Part shown: positions 1 through 10,197 of the stretch, one piece after another
Layout of the letters: each line of letters starts with the position of its first letter
Position numbering within the stretch: the stretch's first letter is position 1
Assembly (NCBI GenBank): GCA_013239625.1
Contig: MU053557.1
Span: 69,063 to 133,062 of the forward strand
Reading direction: 5' to 3'
From: Lama guanicoe
Lineage: Eukaryota
DNA length: 64,000 nt
Notes under the pieces: model-generated
The model's database searches: none
The model's input: only the letters and a program-made list of their open reading frames with translations
Told to the model about the DNA's origin: nothing
Program-made: the position numbers and the translations under genes

Positions 1-1123
1 ATCCTTGGCATCTATTCCAATTTTCTGAACCAACAGGAATTGGTGGAATGACATTAAAAATAGGTTTCTGATCCTGCTGTTGAGAAAGGGATGCTGTATT
101 CATGTCATAGTGGTACATCTGTCCCCCAGAGGTACTCACACCATGAACAGAAATGGCAGACATTTTATTACCAATTATATTTGCCCCAGAAAAGCTTGCC
201 TGACAGTAAACTGGGCCCAGTTTCTCCTGCTTAATTACCCCAGGGGTGCAGAGTTCAATAAAATCTTCTTTTTCTGTTTTCACTTGCGGCACTGGCACAC
301 TGGTGGGGCTTGATAAGATCAGATCTCCATTATCCTTAATTTTAGGTTTAGTGTCCGGTAAAACAAGAGGCTTATAGTCCTCATTTGAGCTTCCTTCCAA
401 AAGGAATGGGTCATCCTCTCCTGCCAAAGGAGAAAGCAAACAGTTTTCATCTATCAAGAGGTCTGAGCTCCAAGGACTCTCACTTGTTTCTTTACCTGGG
501 GACCCAGAAGGAAACTCCAAATCCTGGAGTTTTTTCCTCCAAACATCAAAGGTGCTTTGGTCTGTGGCATACAACTTCACATTACCCCCGTTGGTGCCAG
601 TCTGGCCCTTCGAATGATGCTGTTCTGAAGACACGTCAGAGTGAGTCTTTTGAAATTCCCTCTCTGTGGGGGCAGCAGACACAGCAGCAGGTGCCGAGTT
701 CTTGGGGTTCTCTGGAACACTGGTCGACTTATTGAGGTTCGCGATGCTTTCTTCCAGAAGCCGAAAGTCTGTCTCTCCAGAGGAAAGGCTGGTTTGGCCC
801 TGCGGTGGGAATCCCAGGTCATTTCCCATCACTTTTGTTTCTGTCTCTCCCATATACAGTCCCATTGAGAGTGAAACTGCCTTGGACAGATCTGGCTGCT
901 GCGCGTTGCTTCCTGAGCCTTTTGGAAAATCAACCAAAAGTCTCTGCTGCTTGGAGTCTGACTGTGAAGCGGCAGCCAGTGAGGGTGAAGATGCAGAAGC
1001 CTTCGCAGTAGCTCCTCCCCTTAGGGTTTTATAGAAGTCCACCACATTTCCCCTCTCCCGAACAAGCACACTGCTGGGGATCTCTTCTCTACTGGGGGTG
1101 CTTAAAGGTTCCTTGGGGTCCAT
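1..1123 (-). CDS. NR3C1: Glucocorticoid receptor, coding part of exon 2 (N-terminal domain/AF-1), partial; continues beyond position 1
   Basis: Manual translation from ATG 1123 gives 374 codons without a stop: [37 protein letters not shown]...[29 protein letters not shown]...[24 protein letters not shown]...[16 protein letters not shown], matching GR. S203/S211/S226 equivalents (S208/S216/S231) and SUMO motifs VKTE (K282) and IKQE (K298) are retained. Confidence 0.99.
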   Translation of the reverse strand, partial: MDPKEPLSTPSREEIPSSVLVRERGNVVDFYKTLRGGATAKASASSPSLAAASQSDSKQQRLLVDFPKGSGSNAQQPDLSKAVSLSMGLYMGETETKVMGNDLGFPPQGQTSLSSGETDFRLLEESIANLNKSTSVPENPKNSAPAAVSAAPTEREFQKTHSDVSSEQHHSKGQTGTNGGNVKLYATDQSTFDVWRKKLQDLEFPSGSPGKETSESPWSSDLLIDENCLLSPLAGEDDPFLLEGSSNEDYKPLVLPDTKPKIKDNGDLILSSPTSVPVPQVKTEKEDFIELCTPGVIKQEKLGPVYCQASFSGANIIGNKMSAISVHGVSTSGGQMYHYDMNTASLSQQQDQKPIFNVIPPIPVGSENWNRCQG

Positions 1124-1160
1124 CAGGGAATATTAGCTACAAAAAAAAAAAAAGGAGGGA
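1124..1160 (-). other. NR3C1: NR3C1 exon 2 splice acceptor and 13-nt 5'UTR with in-frame upstream stop
   Basis: Minus strand reads polypyrimidine tract, GTAG|CTAATATTCCCTG-ATG. The exon starts at 1136, 13 nt before the ATG as in human, and TAA is in frame with the ATG. Confidence 0.93.
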
Positions 1161-2853
1161 ACATAATAAGCTAGAAAGTCACATTATCTCTGTGATCCGA
1201 TTAGTAAGAGCCTGTTAAATGAACCTTTTAGTTAGCTCCGAATAGAATTCAGAATAGTAGTCTATCTCCCAAAATAAAAAAAAAAAAGCTGCGTCCCCTA
1301 TTCCCATTCAATGTGCTGTGTCACATTTAAAAGTACAAGGCAGTCCATTTGCACAGCTGAGGACAAAACTGTATCAGCTGAGCTTCGCTATTCACCCGCC
1401 ACGCACAGAACTGTAACTCTGTTAATCACAGACATTATAACTCATTACATCTGATTATTCTAAAGGTGCAAGCTGATGTCAAAGTATTTAATTAAAAAAA
1501 AATAAAATTCCTGCCTCTTTTCAAGCAATCAAGGCTGTTTTGCTGTTCTTCGAATCATACACATAAAATCTGATAAAAATCATGCTAGAATTCTCTAATT
1601 ATTCTCAAATTCCCCTCCTACCAGCTGGTCACACGTTCAAATCTTTTAGTACAACCTACCGGTGCACATTTTATTTCAAAAATAAACAATGATGATTTGC
1701 TCATCTTCCAACAGGCTAGGAAAAGGCTCTTATTTTTAACCCACATTTCTTACTGAACGTACCTATCAGCTGCCTGCCTTCAAATTTTGGACATACGAAA
1801 TGAAATACACTGCATACAGGCTAACTAAAATTTAGATTTTAAAAAGCAGAATAGAATGTGTAGTAGATTCTCAGTGCAATTTTAACTTCTTTAAATACAA
1901 CGAATAATAAAACTCTCAAAACACAACTAAATCTCAATGAAGCCACTTATTTTTTTAAAACTGCTTAAGACCCTCAGTATGAAACACTGTATCTCTAAAT
2001 TAAGATTTTTCCTGACCAAACATCGAAGTACTGAAAAATAGATGGAAACAAAACCCCCAAAACTGTAAAATCGCATCCATATTAATCCAAGTAAAATAAT
2101 ACCTAATAAAATACTCGGAAAAGTTTTCTCTGCGATCTAAAGCTTCACCTATCCTAATCCTGAGCCTTTTCTCAAGAGAGTTACGTTGCTGGTAGACTAT
2201 TAACAATCAAGATGTTTTAAGAGGCGGGCACAGATTTTGATAAGCACACTTCCGACATTATAGTCAAAAACCCGTTCAGTGAAAGGAAACTTTTCCTGCA
2301 CAGAGACTTTAAGAAGCATAAACTTCACCGGCCCTCACTGAAAGTGGGAGTGTAATGAAGGTACAGAAAGGTGGGGATCCGCACTACAAATCTTGAGGGT
2401 AAATTGCCTCTCTCTCCGATCCTCCGCCGCGTTTATCTGATAACGATCTCTAAACACAAGGTATCAAGTGGAGACTAATGAATTTCCACGCCGCTTTGAC
2501 AGCTGCCTTCAAACTCGAAACCAAAACAATACTTCCTGAAACGAAACGATCCCTCAAACGACTTTATCCCCCCGTTTAAATCGCAAATAACCCTGTCACA
2601 TTAATGGGCCTTAATGAACCGTGCGCAGGAGTCTTAAGTGGCATTAGAAGGCTGCAATTATCAAGTCTACAATCTCAAAACGTCAAACCAGCGCCGGCCA
2701 CAAATGGCACCACAAAACCATCACAGGTAGGGAGAGTCTTTTTCCAAAAGGGGCCCCTTCAAAACGTCAGGCGCGGAGTGATGCCAAGCGCTGAAGAACA
2801 AACCCTCTCCGGGGAGAGAAAACTGCGAGGTTAAAAGAGAAATGCGTCCAGAC

Positions 2854-2935
2854 CTGTTGAGTTCTTTCTCCGACACGCCCACTCCTACCAGATAACGCCA
2901 GCCCTGGCCGAAGTCTCCGAGTCGCAGGCTGTCAG
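2854..2935 (-). other. NR3C1: Untranslated first exon 1H homologue (5' end approximate)
   Basis: Minus strand ...GGCGTTATCTG...GAACTCAACAG|GTCTGG resembles recalled human 1H; most proximal position in the island. Confidence 0.7.
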
Positions 2936-3523
2936 CCCCCCACGTGTGCACACGCACACACACTCAGACACACACACACCCCGCGCGCCCGCCGGAGAGG
3001 AGACGCACGGGAGCCTCGACACCAGCCCTGCTCGCGCTCGGGCGCGCCAGGGTGGAGTGGAAAGATTCGGGCCAGGAGAATTCAGACGCGGCCCCGCGTT
3101 CCCCAGGAAAAAAAAGGGGGCCGGGGGGTGTTTGGGAGGCCCTCTGGGAGGGAAGAGATAGGGGACTTGAGCAAATTTTAAAAAGAAGCCAAGGATTCTG
3201 CCCCGGGGAACGAGAGGCTGGGAAGCCGGGGCTGCTCGACGAGGCTCCCCTCGCCGAGAGCTCAGGTTCCTCCCCCTCGGCCCGGCCGGGGGACGGCGGC
3301 CCAGGGAGAGGAAGAGGCCAGCGCTGTCACCCGCGCGCTGCCCTTTCGTCACCGTCACCCGGCCCTCGTCTTGCCCCCACCCCCACTCCCCCAGGCTAAT
3401 AAAAGTTTGCAGGCTTCCGCGGCAGCCCCCGAGCTGGCCTCCGGGCCCCGGCCCGCACCTCGGGGAGCGGGCGCCCGCGCGGGCCCCAGCCCCCGGCCCT
3501 GCCCTGCCCTGCCCTCCCCTTAC

Positions 3524-4001
3524 CTCTGCCAGCGGCGCCGCTCGCCCTCCACCGTCCGCAGCGCCCACCGCAGCTGAGATAAACAACTTAGCGTGTGAAA
3601 GCAGGAGGAGCAGGAGGGAGAGATTTTTTTCTTCTAAAAAAAGGAAGTAAACAGCCGCCCCCTTCTCCACGGGGGGAAGGGAGAGCCCCTATTTAAAAAA
3701 GACTCCCATTTCCCGGCTGACAAGCCAGCCCCAAGCCCCGCGCCCGTCTCCGCGGGCCAGGGCTCCTAGGTGCGCGTCCTCCGGGCTGGCGCCCCGCCGC
3801 TCCGGCCGCTCCGGCGGCGGCTTCTCTTTCCACCCTCTAGGATCCGTCCCCGACGGGCGGGCGGTGACTCGGGCTCCAGTCACAGACTCGAGCTCGCAAA
3901 ATGGAGGAGGAGGAGGAGGGGAGGCAGCGCGGACACGCGAAAGGGCCGCCCGGCCGCGGCGAGCGAGCGGGACCGAGCTGGGGGCGGGCGGAGGCGGCGC
4001 C
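3524..4001 (-). other. NR3C1: Untranslated first exon 1C homologue
   Basis: Minus strand GGCGCCGCCTCC...CCATTTTGCGAGCTCG...GCTAAGTTGTTTATCTC...GGCAGAG|GTAAGG closely follows the recalled human reference GR 5'UTR; strong donor at 3523. Confidence 0.9.
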
Positions 4002-4313
4002 ACGGCGCGCACACACTCGCACACACACGCGCTCCCACTCCACCCCCGGCCGCTCCCCGCCCGAGGGGCCGCGCGGCGGCGGCGGCGGCGGGGAACGCTG
4101 CAACCTGTTGGCGACGCGCGGCAACTGCAGGGGAGGCCGCGGCCCCCGCCCCCACGCCCTGCGCGCGGGCTCCGCCGCCCCGGCCGCGACGGCGCCTGCA
4201 CGCCCGCGGTCCCCCGGGCACGGCCCCGCCCCCCGGGCCCGCGGGGGCTCCTCTTCGCCCGCCCACCCCCTCGCCCCCAGGGAAAAGGAGAGGCGGCGGC
4301 GGCGCGGGCCGAC

Positions 4314-4375
4314 CTGGTCTTTCTGAGGCCGGCTTCGGAGGGAATCCGAGTTTCCCTAGTTTCTCTTCTCGCCGC
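4314..4375 (-). other. NR3C1: Untranslated first exon 1F (rat 1-7) homologue (5' end approximate)
   Basis: Minus strand GCGAGAAGAGAAACTAGGGAAACTCGG...AGACCAG|GTCGGC, immediately downstream of the EGR1 site. Confidence 0.82.
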
Positions 4376-4382
4376 TCCTTCC

Positions 4383-4391
4383 CGCCCCCGC
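4383..4391 (-). promoter_or_regulatory. EGR1/NGFI-A site of promoter 1F
   Basis: Perfect GCGGGGGCG on the minus strand in the context GAGCTGGGCGGGGGCGGGAAGG. Confidence 0.85.
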
Positions 4392-4703
4392 CCAGCTCCG
4401 CGACTCCCGACCCACTCCGGAGCTCGCCGTGTCCCTCGGCGGCGACCGCCGGCTGCGCCCCTGCGGGTGACAGCGGGCTGGCTGGGGGATCCGGGGCAGG
4501 GCCCGCAGCTGAGCCGCGGGGGTGGTCCGCGGCACCTCCCCCGGGCCGACTTACGCGAAGTGTGTTACTTCGCACGGGGCTACGAGGTTGCACGGAAACG
4601 GTGCCGCAGCGTCTCCGCGGCTCGCGGGGCCGGACGGCCAGACACGCCCTCCGGAGAGGCATCAGGGAGGGGAGGGCAGGGAAGGGGGTCGGGGCGTACG
4701 TAC

Positions 4704-4815
4704 TCTGGGCCCGGGGGGGAGTCGCGTGCCGACGGGTCCCCCACCCCCGCATCGTCTGGGCGGCCCAGTCTGCAGACGCCGCCGCGCGCTCGCACCCAGA
4801 GAGAAGTTGCAAAGC
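4704..4815 (-). other. NR3C1: Untranslated first exon 1B homologue (5' end approximate)
   Basis: Minus strand GCAACTTCTCTC...GGCCGCCCAGACGATGCGG...GGCACGCGACTCCCCCCCGGGCCCAGA|GTACGT. Confidence 0.82.
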
Positions 4816-4842
4816 AGAACCCACCCTCCCCCGCGCCCCGAC

Positions 4843-4866
4843 NNNNNNNNNNNNNNNNNNNNNNNN
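4843..4866. other. Assembly gap (24 N)
   Basis: Run of N inside the GC-rich 1B promoter region. Confidence 0.99.
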
Positions 4867-4943
4867 TGTGAGGCGGCGGCAGCGGCAGAAGGAGGCGCCG
4901 CCTGCCAAGTTCAACCCCCATCCTTCCCTCCTAGCGCGCTCAC

Positions 4944-4985
4944 ACTTGAAGGAAGTTGCACACCAAATGCAAAACCTACTGCGAG
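4944..4985 (-). other. NR3C1: Untranslated first exon 1E homologue
   Basis: Minus strand AGGTTTTGCATTTGGTGTGCAACTTCCTTCAAGT|GTGAGC; order between 1J and 1B fits. Confidence 0.62.
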
Positions 4986-5126
4986 CTGGATTTCTTTGCT
5001 CTTTATTATTACTGTTATTATTATTAAGGAAAGCAGGAGGTGGCAGGCCTAAGAGCAAGCTGCAACGAAATAGTAAGTTGCTTGCAAAGCACGCCCTCCT
5101 CCCTCCGCAACTCCCCAACTCCTGAC

Positions 5127-5200
5127 CTCTCCTTTCACCCCCTCCCGGGATAGCGTCCAAGTTCCCCGGGGAGGCCCCTCCCCCGAATCTTGACATATGC
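5127..5200 (-). other. NR3C1: Probable untranslated first exon 1J homologue
   Basis: Minus strand ...GGGGGTGAAAGGAGAG|GTCAGG donor located between 1D and 1E. Confidence 0.5.
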
Positions 5201-5477
5201 TGCACTCTCCTCAACGCGTCGCCCACCCTTTCGTCTTCGTGGGACCCCTCTTTCTCCAAATAAAACAAAACACACGCAGCTTTTAAGTATCAGCATTAAA
5301 CTCATTCCAGCTGTTCCCGTTACACGCCTCCCCCTCTGTCGGAGGGTAACACGGGGCCCATCCCCAAAGAGAGGGGCGTGGGGCGAGGGTTGTCGCGCGG
5401 GAGGCCGCCGCCCCAGCTGCTTTCTCCTGCTCGCCGCGTCGGGAGGGCTCGGGCGACGCCAGGACCGAGCTTCCTAC

Positions 5478-5580
5478 CTTGCGCGGCACATACTATGATT
5501 TTTGTGACTTGGGGAAAGGTTGTGCTGTGTTGCTTTAGGGTTTGGGGAGGTAACTTTTGCGCCCCCACAGGTGACAGTAC
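5478..5580 (-). other. NR3C1: Untranslated first exon 1D homologue (5' end approximate)
   Basis: Minus strand ACAACCTTTCCCCAAGTCACAAAAATCATAGTATGTGCCGCGCAAG|GTAGGA. Confidence 0.75.
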
Positions 5581-5700
5581 TTGCCAGCTGCTGACGAGGG
5601 CGGAGGCTGCCGCAGCTCCACCTAGCCCTTCCCGGCCGGCGCTCGGAAGCGGCCGCTCTCTCCTCCGGCCGCGCTCAGACTGGCGGCGGCCGCTCTGCCC

Positions 5701-5972
5701 TGACATCTTGCAGAGGATGGGGGAAGCGCGTGCCGGAAGCCGCCCGCCGCCATCTTGGTAAAGGCCGGTGATGCCGCCCGGCCGCCCGGCCACCATCTTG
5801 GCAACGGTTCTCGGTCGCGGGCCGCCAGAGTAGCCCTTCCTAAGTTCTGAGGGGTGGACGCTGCTCCGTGTGTCGTCTGATGTGACAGGAGAGCCCTAGG
5901 CTTCTGGCAAGCCGCCAGCCCGGAGGCGATGTGCACGGGTCGCCTCCAGATGATGCCAGGGCCGCCATCTTG
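5701..5972. promoter_or_regulatory. YY1 site cluster with ETS cores upstream of exon 1D
   Basis: GCCGCCATCTTG at 5746-5757 and 5961-5972, GCCACCATCTTG at 5789-5800, TGACATCTTG at 5701-5710, CCGGAAG at 5733-5739. Confidence 0.75.
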
Positions 5973-7456
5973 GCAAAGGAAGAGCCGCTCGCCGCCTCAG
6001 GAAAGAAAAGGGAACCAAGACCTATGCCAGCGTCGAACCCTCAGCCAAGAGAAGGGCGCTGAGCAGCCATAGATTAACAAAAGTCCTTCTAGATCCTTTT
6101 CTTTCCCTTGGCGCCAGTCAACTGGAGGGAGGCCCTTGTCCTGGGTGCTTATAGTGGACACTAGGTGAGAATTTTCTCCGAGAACGCTAACTTTCCTAAC
6201 TTACATGTCTCAAATACTAGGATCTTTTAGTGGGTTGGGTCCCCAAACAACCAACAGTTTCATAGGGAAAAAAATCAAGACCCAAACTTACAATAATGTT
6301 ATGCATGTTTTAAAAGTGAGTTCAGTAACTCATACTGATGATTATCCTTGTATATCTGCTTGAAAGTGATACTAGAAGTTTTATATAAATATGTAATTTG
6401 CACATGTATAACATATGTAAAGGGACCGTAACAGTTACCTAATAGAATACCACTTCCCATACCATAAACCTATTTCATAGTTGAATCTCTGCTGTAACAA
6501 AAAAAAAAAAAAAAAGGAAAGAAAGAAGAGAAAAATCCACCTCATCTCTCTTACCTGTTCACATTCTCTGTGGAGGGTACCCAGCTTTTAAATAATACCT
6601 GCTTTTACGAGAGTTCTGCTTTAACTTTCTTCCCACTCATTTTTTCCTGCATGTCCAGTGGATCACCTTAAAATGGAAGAAAACACATTTCAAATTAAAA
6701 ATCCCCATTGAAAACACTTCCAGTTGAGCAAAGTGGTTTTTCTTTGCCATGGTCTAAATGTGCATTCTAATTTTTGAATTTGATAGAAAAATTCTTAGTC
6801 TTTAGTCTTTTGTGTTCATTTGAAAGCAGGCATAAACTGTGGATTAGCCCAGTGCCTGCTTTTCAGAGTTGGAATTATTATGCTTTATGGCTAACATTTA
6901 TTGATTCCTCCCACTGCACGCCTGCACGCACACACACGCACACACTCTACTGCCGACTTTTGCTGACAATAGCTGAATAGACATGTATTCTGATTTCTGA
7001 ACATGAGGAAACAGAGGTTTACAGAGCTTGAGGTATATCCAAGGTTGTACACCCAAGTGTGGAGGGTAGAAATAGACAATATTAGAGAGGTTTTTCTTCA
7101 CTAACATCATAATTTCCATAAAAGAGTATGCAAATCCCATGATAGGCTTGCAATAAGTGTGTATGGAATTTAATTCAAGAAATGAAATCCAGTGCACTAG
7201 AAAGAACATGAGATTCAGCGCTGTAATAATAACAGCAGTTCTAACAGTAGTTACCATTTATTGAACTTCTACTACCTACCAGACACCATTGAAAGTGTTT
7301 TATATATACAATTGAAGTCTTTACATAATGAAACATTACCAATCTGCAACCCATGGAAGTTATAATTACTACAAGAAATAGGGGGCATCCCCATCTGAGG
7401 GGGAATATATTTGATTGTCTAAGAAGTAAAGATGGGAATAAAGGAGATATTTCCAA

Positions 7457-7555
7457 ACTCCATGAAGGCAAGGACCCTTTCTGTCTTGTTCATTGCTGTA
7501 TGTCCCACTCCTAGAACAGAGCCCGATACGGAGTGGGCACTCAGCAAATCTTTTA
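7457..7555 (-). mobile_element. L2 3'-end fragment
   Basis: ctccatgaaggcaaggacc...tgtcttgttcattgctgtatgtcccactcctagaacagagcc is the typical L2 tail; a second copy lies at ~7840-7965. Confidence 0.7.
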
Positions 7556-8654
7556 CAGAGTTATAATAAAACACTGAATTAATAAGACCATATCACTTTT
7601 ACTGAGTTGTTGGGGAGGCCAAATGAGTTAATGAAAAGTATACAAATATTACTCAAGATTCTTAAGATATTTATTGTCTTACATTTAAACACCTGAGTAC
7701 TCCTCCCCTCCCAAAAAAAAAAACCCAAAACAAACAAACCAACAGGTAAACAACAAAGACTCATTATTGTGTATTCCTAGAGTGTCCTGTACTTTACTTT
7801 GGTAGCACATTACAATGATAGTTTTTTATTTCTGGATTCATTTGTTCAGTGTCTGTCTCCCCCACTAGAATATAATAGCTCTGTGATGGCAGGGCCTGTG
7901 TCTATTTCTTTCACCACTATATCGCTAGCGCATAGTAGGTACCCAGTGGTTATTTGTTGAGTAAGGTCAATATAAATATAATATGAATATAATATACAAT
8001 TGTTTTACAATTGTAGAGAATACTATATAAATATAAATAAGATCCTAAGATCAATAAAACCTTAAACCTGAATATTAAGCAAACCACCTTTTACGTTTAT
8101 ACAGCAATTGATATATTATCCAAGTGAGTTCTCCCACTCTGTTCATCTGTTTTACCATTTCCATTTCCATTAAAATAGTCCAAACCCCACAACCAGATTA
8201 CTCCTTCAAGTCATCAATTAAATTATACATGCTCCTCCTCAAGTATCTATAGTAAATCCCTATTCCAGTGTAGAGAGATCCCAACTTCCATTCTAGTATT
8301 TATTTAAGACCACCGTCTTTCACCTGATCCTTTGTAGAAGGCAAAACCTTCCAGCTGATGCCACAGGCTGGTATTTAATTCAATTAAAAAGTCAGTAAAA
8401 GCAAGGGAATCATTAAAACAAACAAACAAACAAGCAAACAAACAAACAAAAAAAACAAAGCCCTGTACTTTCAAATGTTAAGCTTTAAAACCTAAAACCT
8501 ATCATTGAACACTTATTTCCTAATCCTTTGATGACGGTCTGAAGTGTTTGGGAGCCCACTGACTGGAGTTCCATGTCTCCATTCATGTATAAACTACAGC
8601 CATCAGTAAAGCTTATCTGTGAAGAGCCCATTTGGCTGGATAGCCTCTACCTCT

Positions 8655-8830
8655 ACGAGAAATGTAACCTTGGGCAACCTAACTCTCTGGGCCTCAGTTT
8701 CCATCATCTGTAAAATGGGGATGATAACAGTACTAACTCAAGTTACTATAAAGATGAAATAAGTTTGAGATGTTTTATGTGCTTAGACTAATTCCTGGGA
8801 TATATTAAGTGTTTAATCATCATTAGCACT
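8655..8830 (+). mobile_element. MIR SINE
   Basis: Core tgtaaccttgggcaa...gcctcagtttccatcatctgtaaaatggggatgataacagta. Confidence 0.85.
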
Positions 8831-9524
8831 TGTTATTAATAAGTAATGTTACTATTAAAGTAGAGCAAGAAATGAAAAGGACTTACAAAATAATACAAGT
8901 GTAGTGTTCTAAATTTTTATGATTCATTCCATCCTGCCCTTGCCCCAATCTTCCAAAGTTGTCTTACATCCACCTAGTTTGACAGCAATTGTTTACAGGG
9001 CATCTTTCCATTTAGAATTTATAGACCAACAACTGTTTCTGTCATTAGTCATATTTCATCATTTTACTTAGTATTTAATCAAATCAAGTAATTACAAGAA
9101 CAACACAAATGGAATAAACATGTTTTGGGGGGAAAAAACCACCAGGAACTGTTAGTAAGCAGAAAGTGTAACTGGTGGGAACAGCACTGTGTGGAGTATA
9201 GGAAGTAGCCTTAGCTCCAGTATTCAGCCTGCCCTTCAACACTTGTGTCTTCCAGGGAGAATGGAGAACTTGGATTAGTTGAAATGAATGCATCAGCAGT
9301 GTTGGTTAAGAGAGCCCAATGAAGAAAGACCACAGTATATACCACATTCATTCCCATCTTTACTGTTGTTTATCATGTATTTTTCCTTTCACATAAGGAC
9401 ACCTCTTGTAACTTACTCTCCTGTAGCCCATGATTCCTTGGCATGGCTGTGTTTCCCTTCTATCCTCTAACCCCCTCACCCCCCCCTTTAAATCTATGAT
9501 GTTAAATGTACATTGGAATCACCT

Positions 9525-10197
9525 TAAAAAGCCGAAAATAGGCTTAACCTATGATCCAGCAACCCCTCCATATATCTGGAGGAAACTCTAATTCAAAAAG
9601 ATACATGCACCAATATTGAAGGCAGCACTATTTACAGTAGCCAAGACGTGGAAACAACCAAAATGTCCATCAACACATAACTGATGAAGGAGTTGTGGTA
9701 TGTTTATATAATGGGAATACTACTCAGCCATAAAAAATAAAATAATGCAATTTGCAGCAACAGGGATGGACCTAGAGATCATCATTCTAAATGGAGTAAG
9801 CCAGAAGAGAAAGAAAAATACCATATGAGATCACTTATATGTGGAATCTGAAAAAAAAAAAAAGGAGGGGCACATATAAACTTATCTCCAGAACAGAGAC
9901 AGACTTACAGACATAGAAAACAAACTTATGGTTGCCATAGGGGAAGAGGGTTGGGGAGGGATAAGTTGAGAGTTTAGGATTTGCAGATACAAACTACTAT
10001 GTATAAAATAGATGAACAGCGAAGTCCTATTGTATAGCACAGGGAACTATATTCAATACCTTGTAATGGCCTATAATGAAAAAGAATGAAAAGGAATGTG
10101 TGTGTGTGTATATATATATATATACATCAATCACTATGCTGTACACCAGAAACTGACACAACGTTATAAACTGACTATATACTTCAATTTTAAAAAG
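9525..10197 (+). mobile_element. 5'-truncated L1 (ORF2 end and 3'UTR)
   Basis: tatgatccagcaa...aaaagatacatgcacc...tactactcagccataaaa...gtatagcacagggaactatattcaata...cttcaattttaaaaa. Confidence 0.9.

Larger units (their letters stand above)
2780..6060. promoter_or_regulatory. NR3C1: CpG island / proximal multi-promoter region of NR3C1
   Basis: Very high GC and CpG density, GC boxes, several minus-strand splice donors, 1.7-4.9 kb upstream of the ATG. Confidence 0.95.

Noticed and set aside
208..223. Perfect 16-bp palindrome aaactgggcccagttt
   Set aside because: Lies in coding sequence (KLGPV); a single occurrence with no other support.
80..1034. Plus-strand and off-frame ORFs listed over exon 2
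   Set aside because: Shadows of the real minus-strand NR3C1 frame.
2885..5936. Long overlapping ORFs (up to 462 aa) in the CpG island
   Set aside because: Pro/Arg/Gly/Ala-rich, present in several frames on both strands, and crossing an N gap; expected from stop-codon scarcity in GC-rich DNA.
7995..8015. Inverted repeat tacaattgt-ttt-acaattgta (SOX-like)
   Set aside because: Sits in an AT-rich low-complexity patch; plausible by chance.
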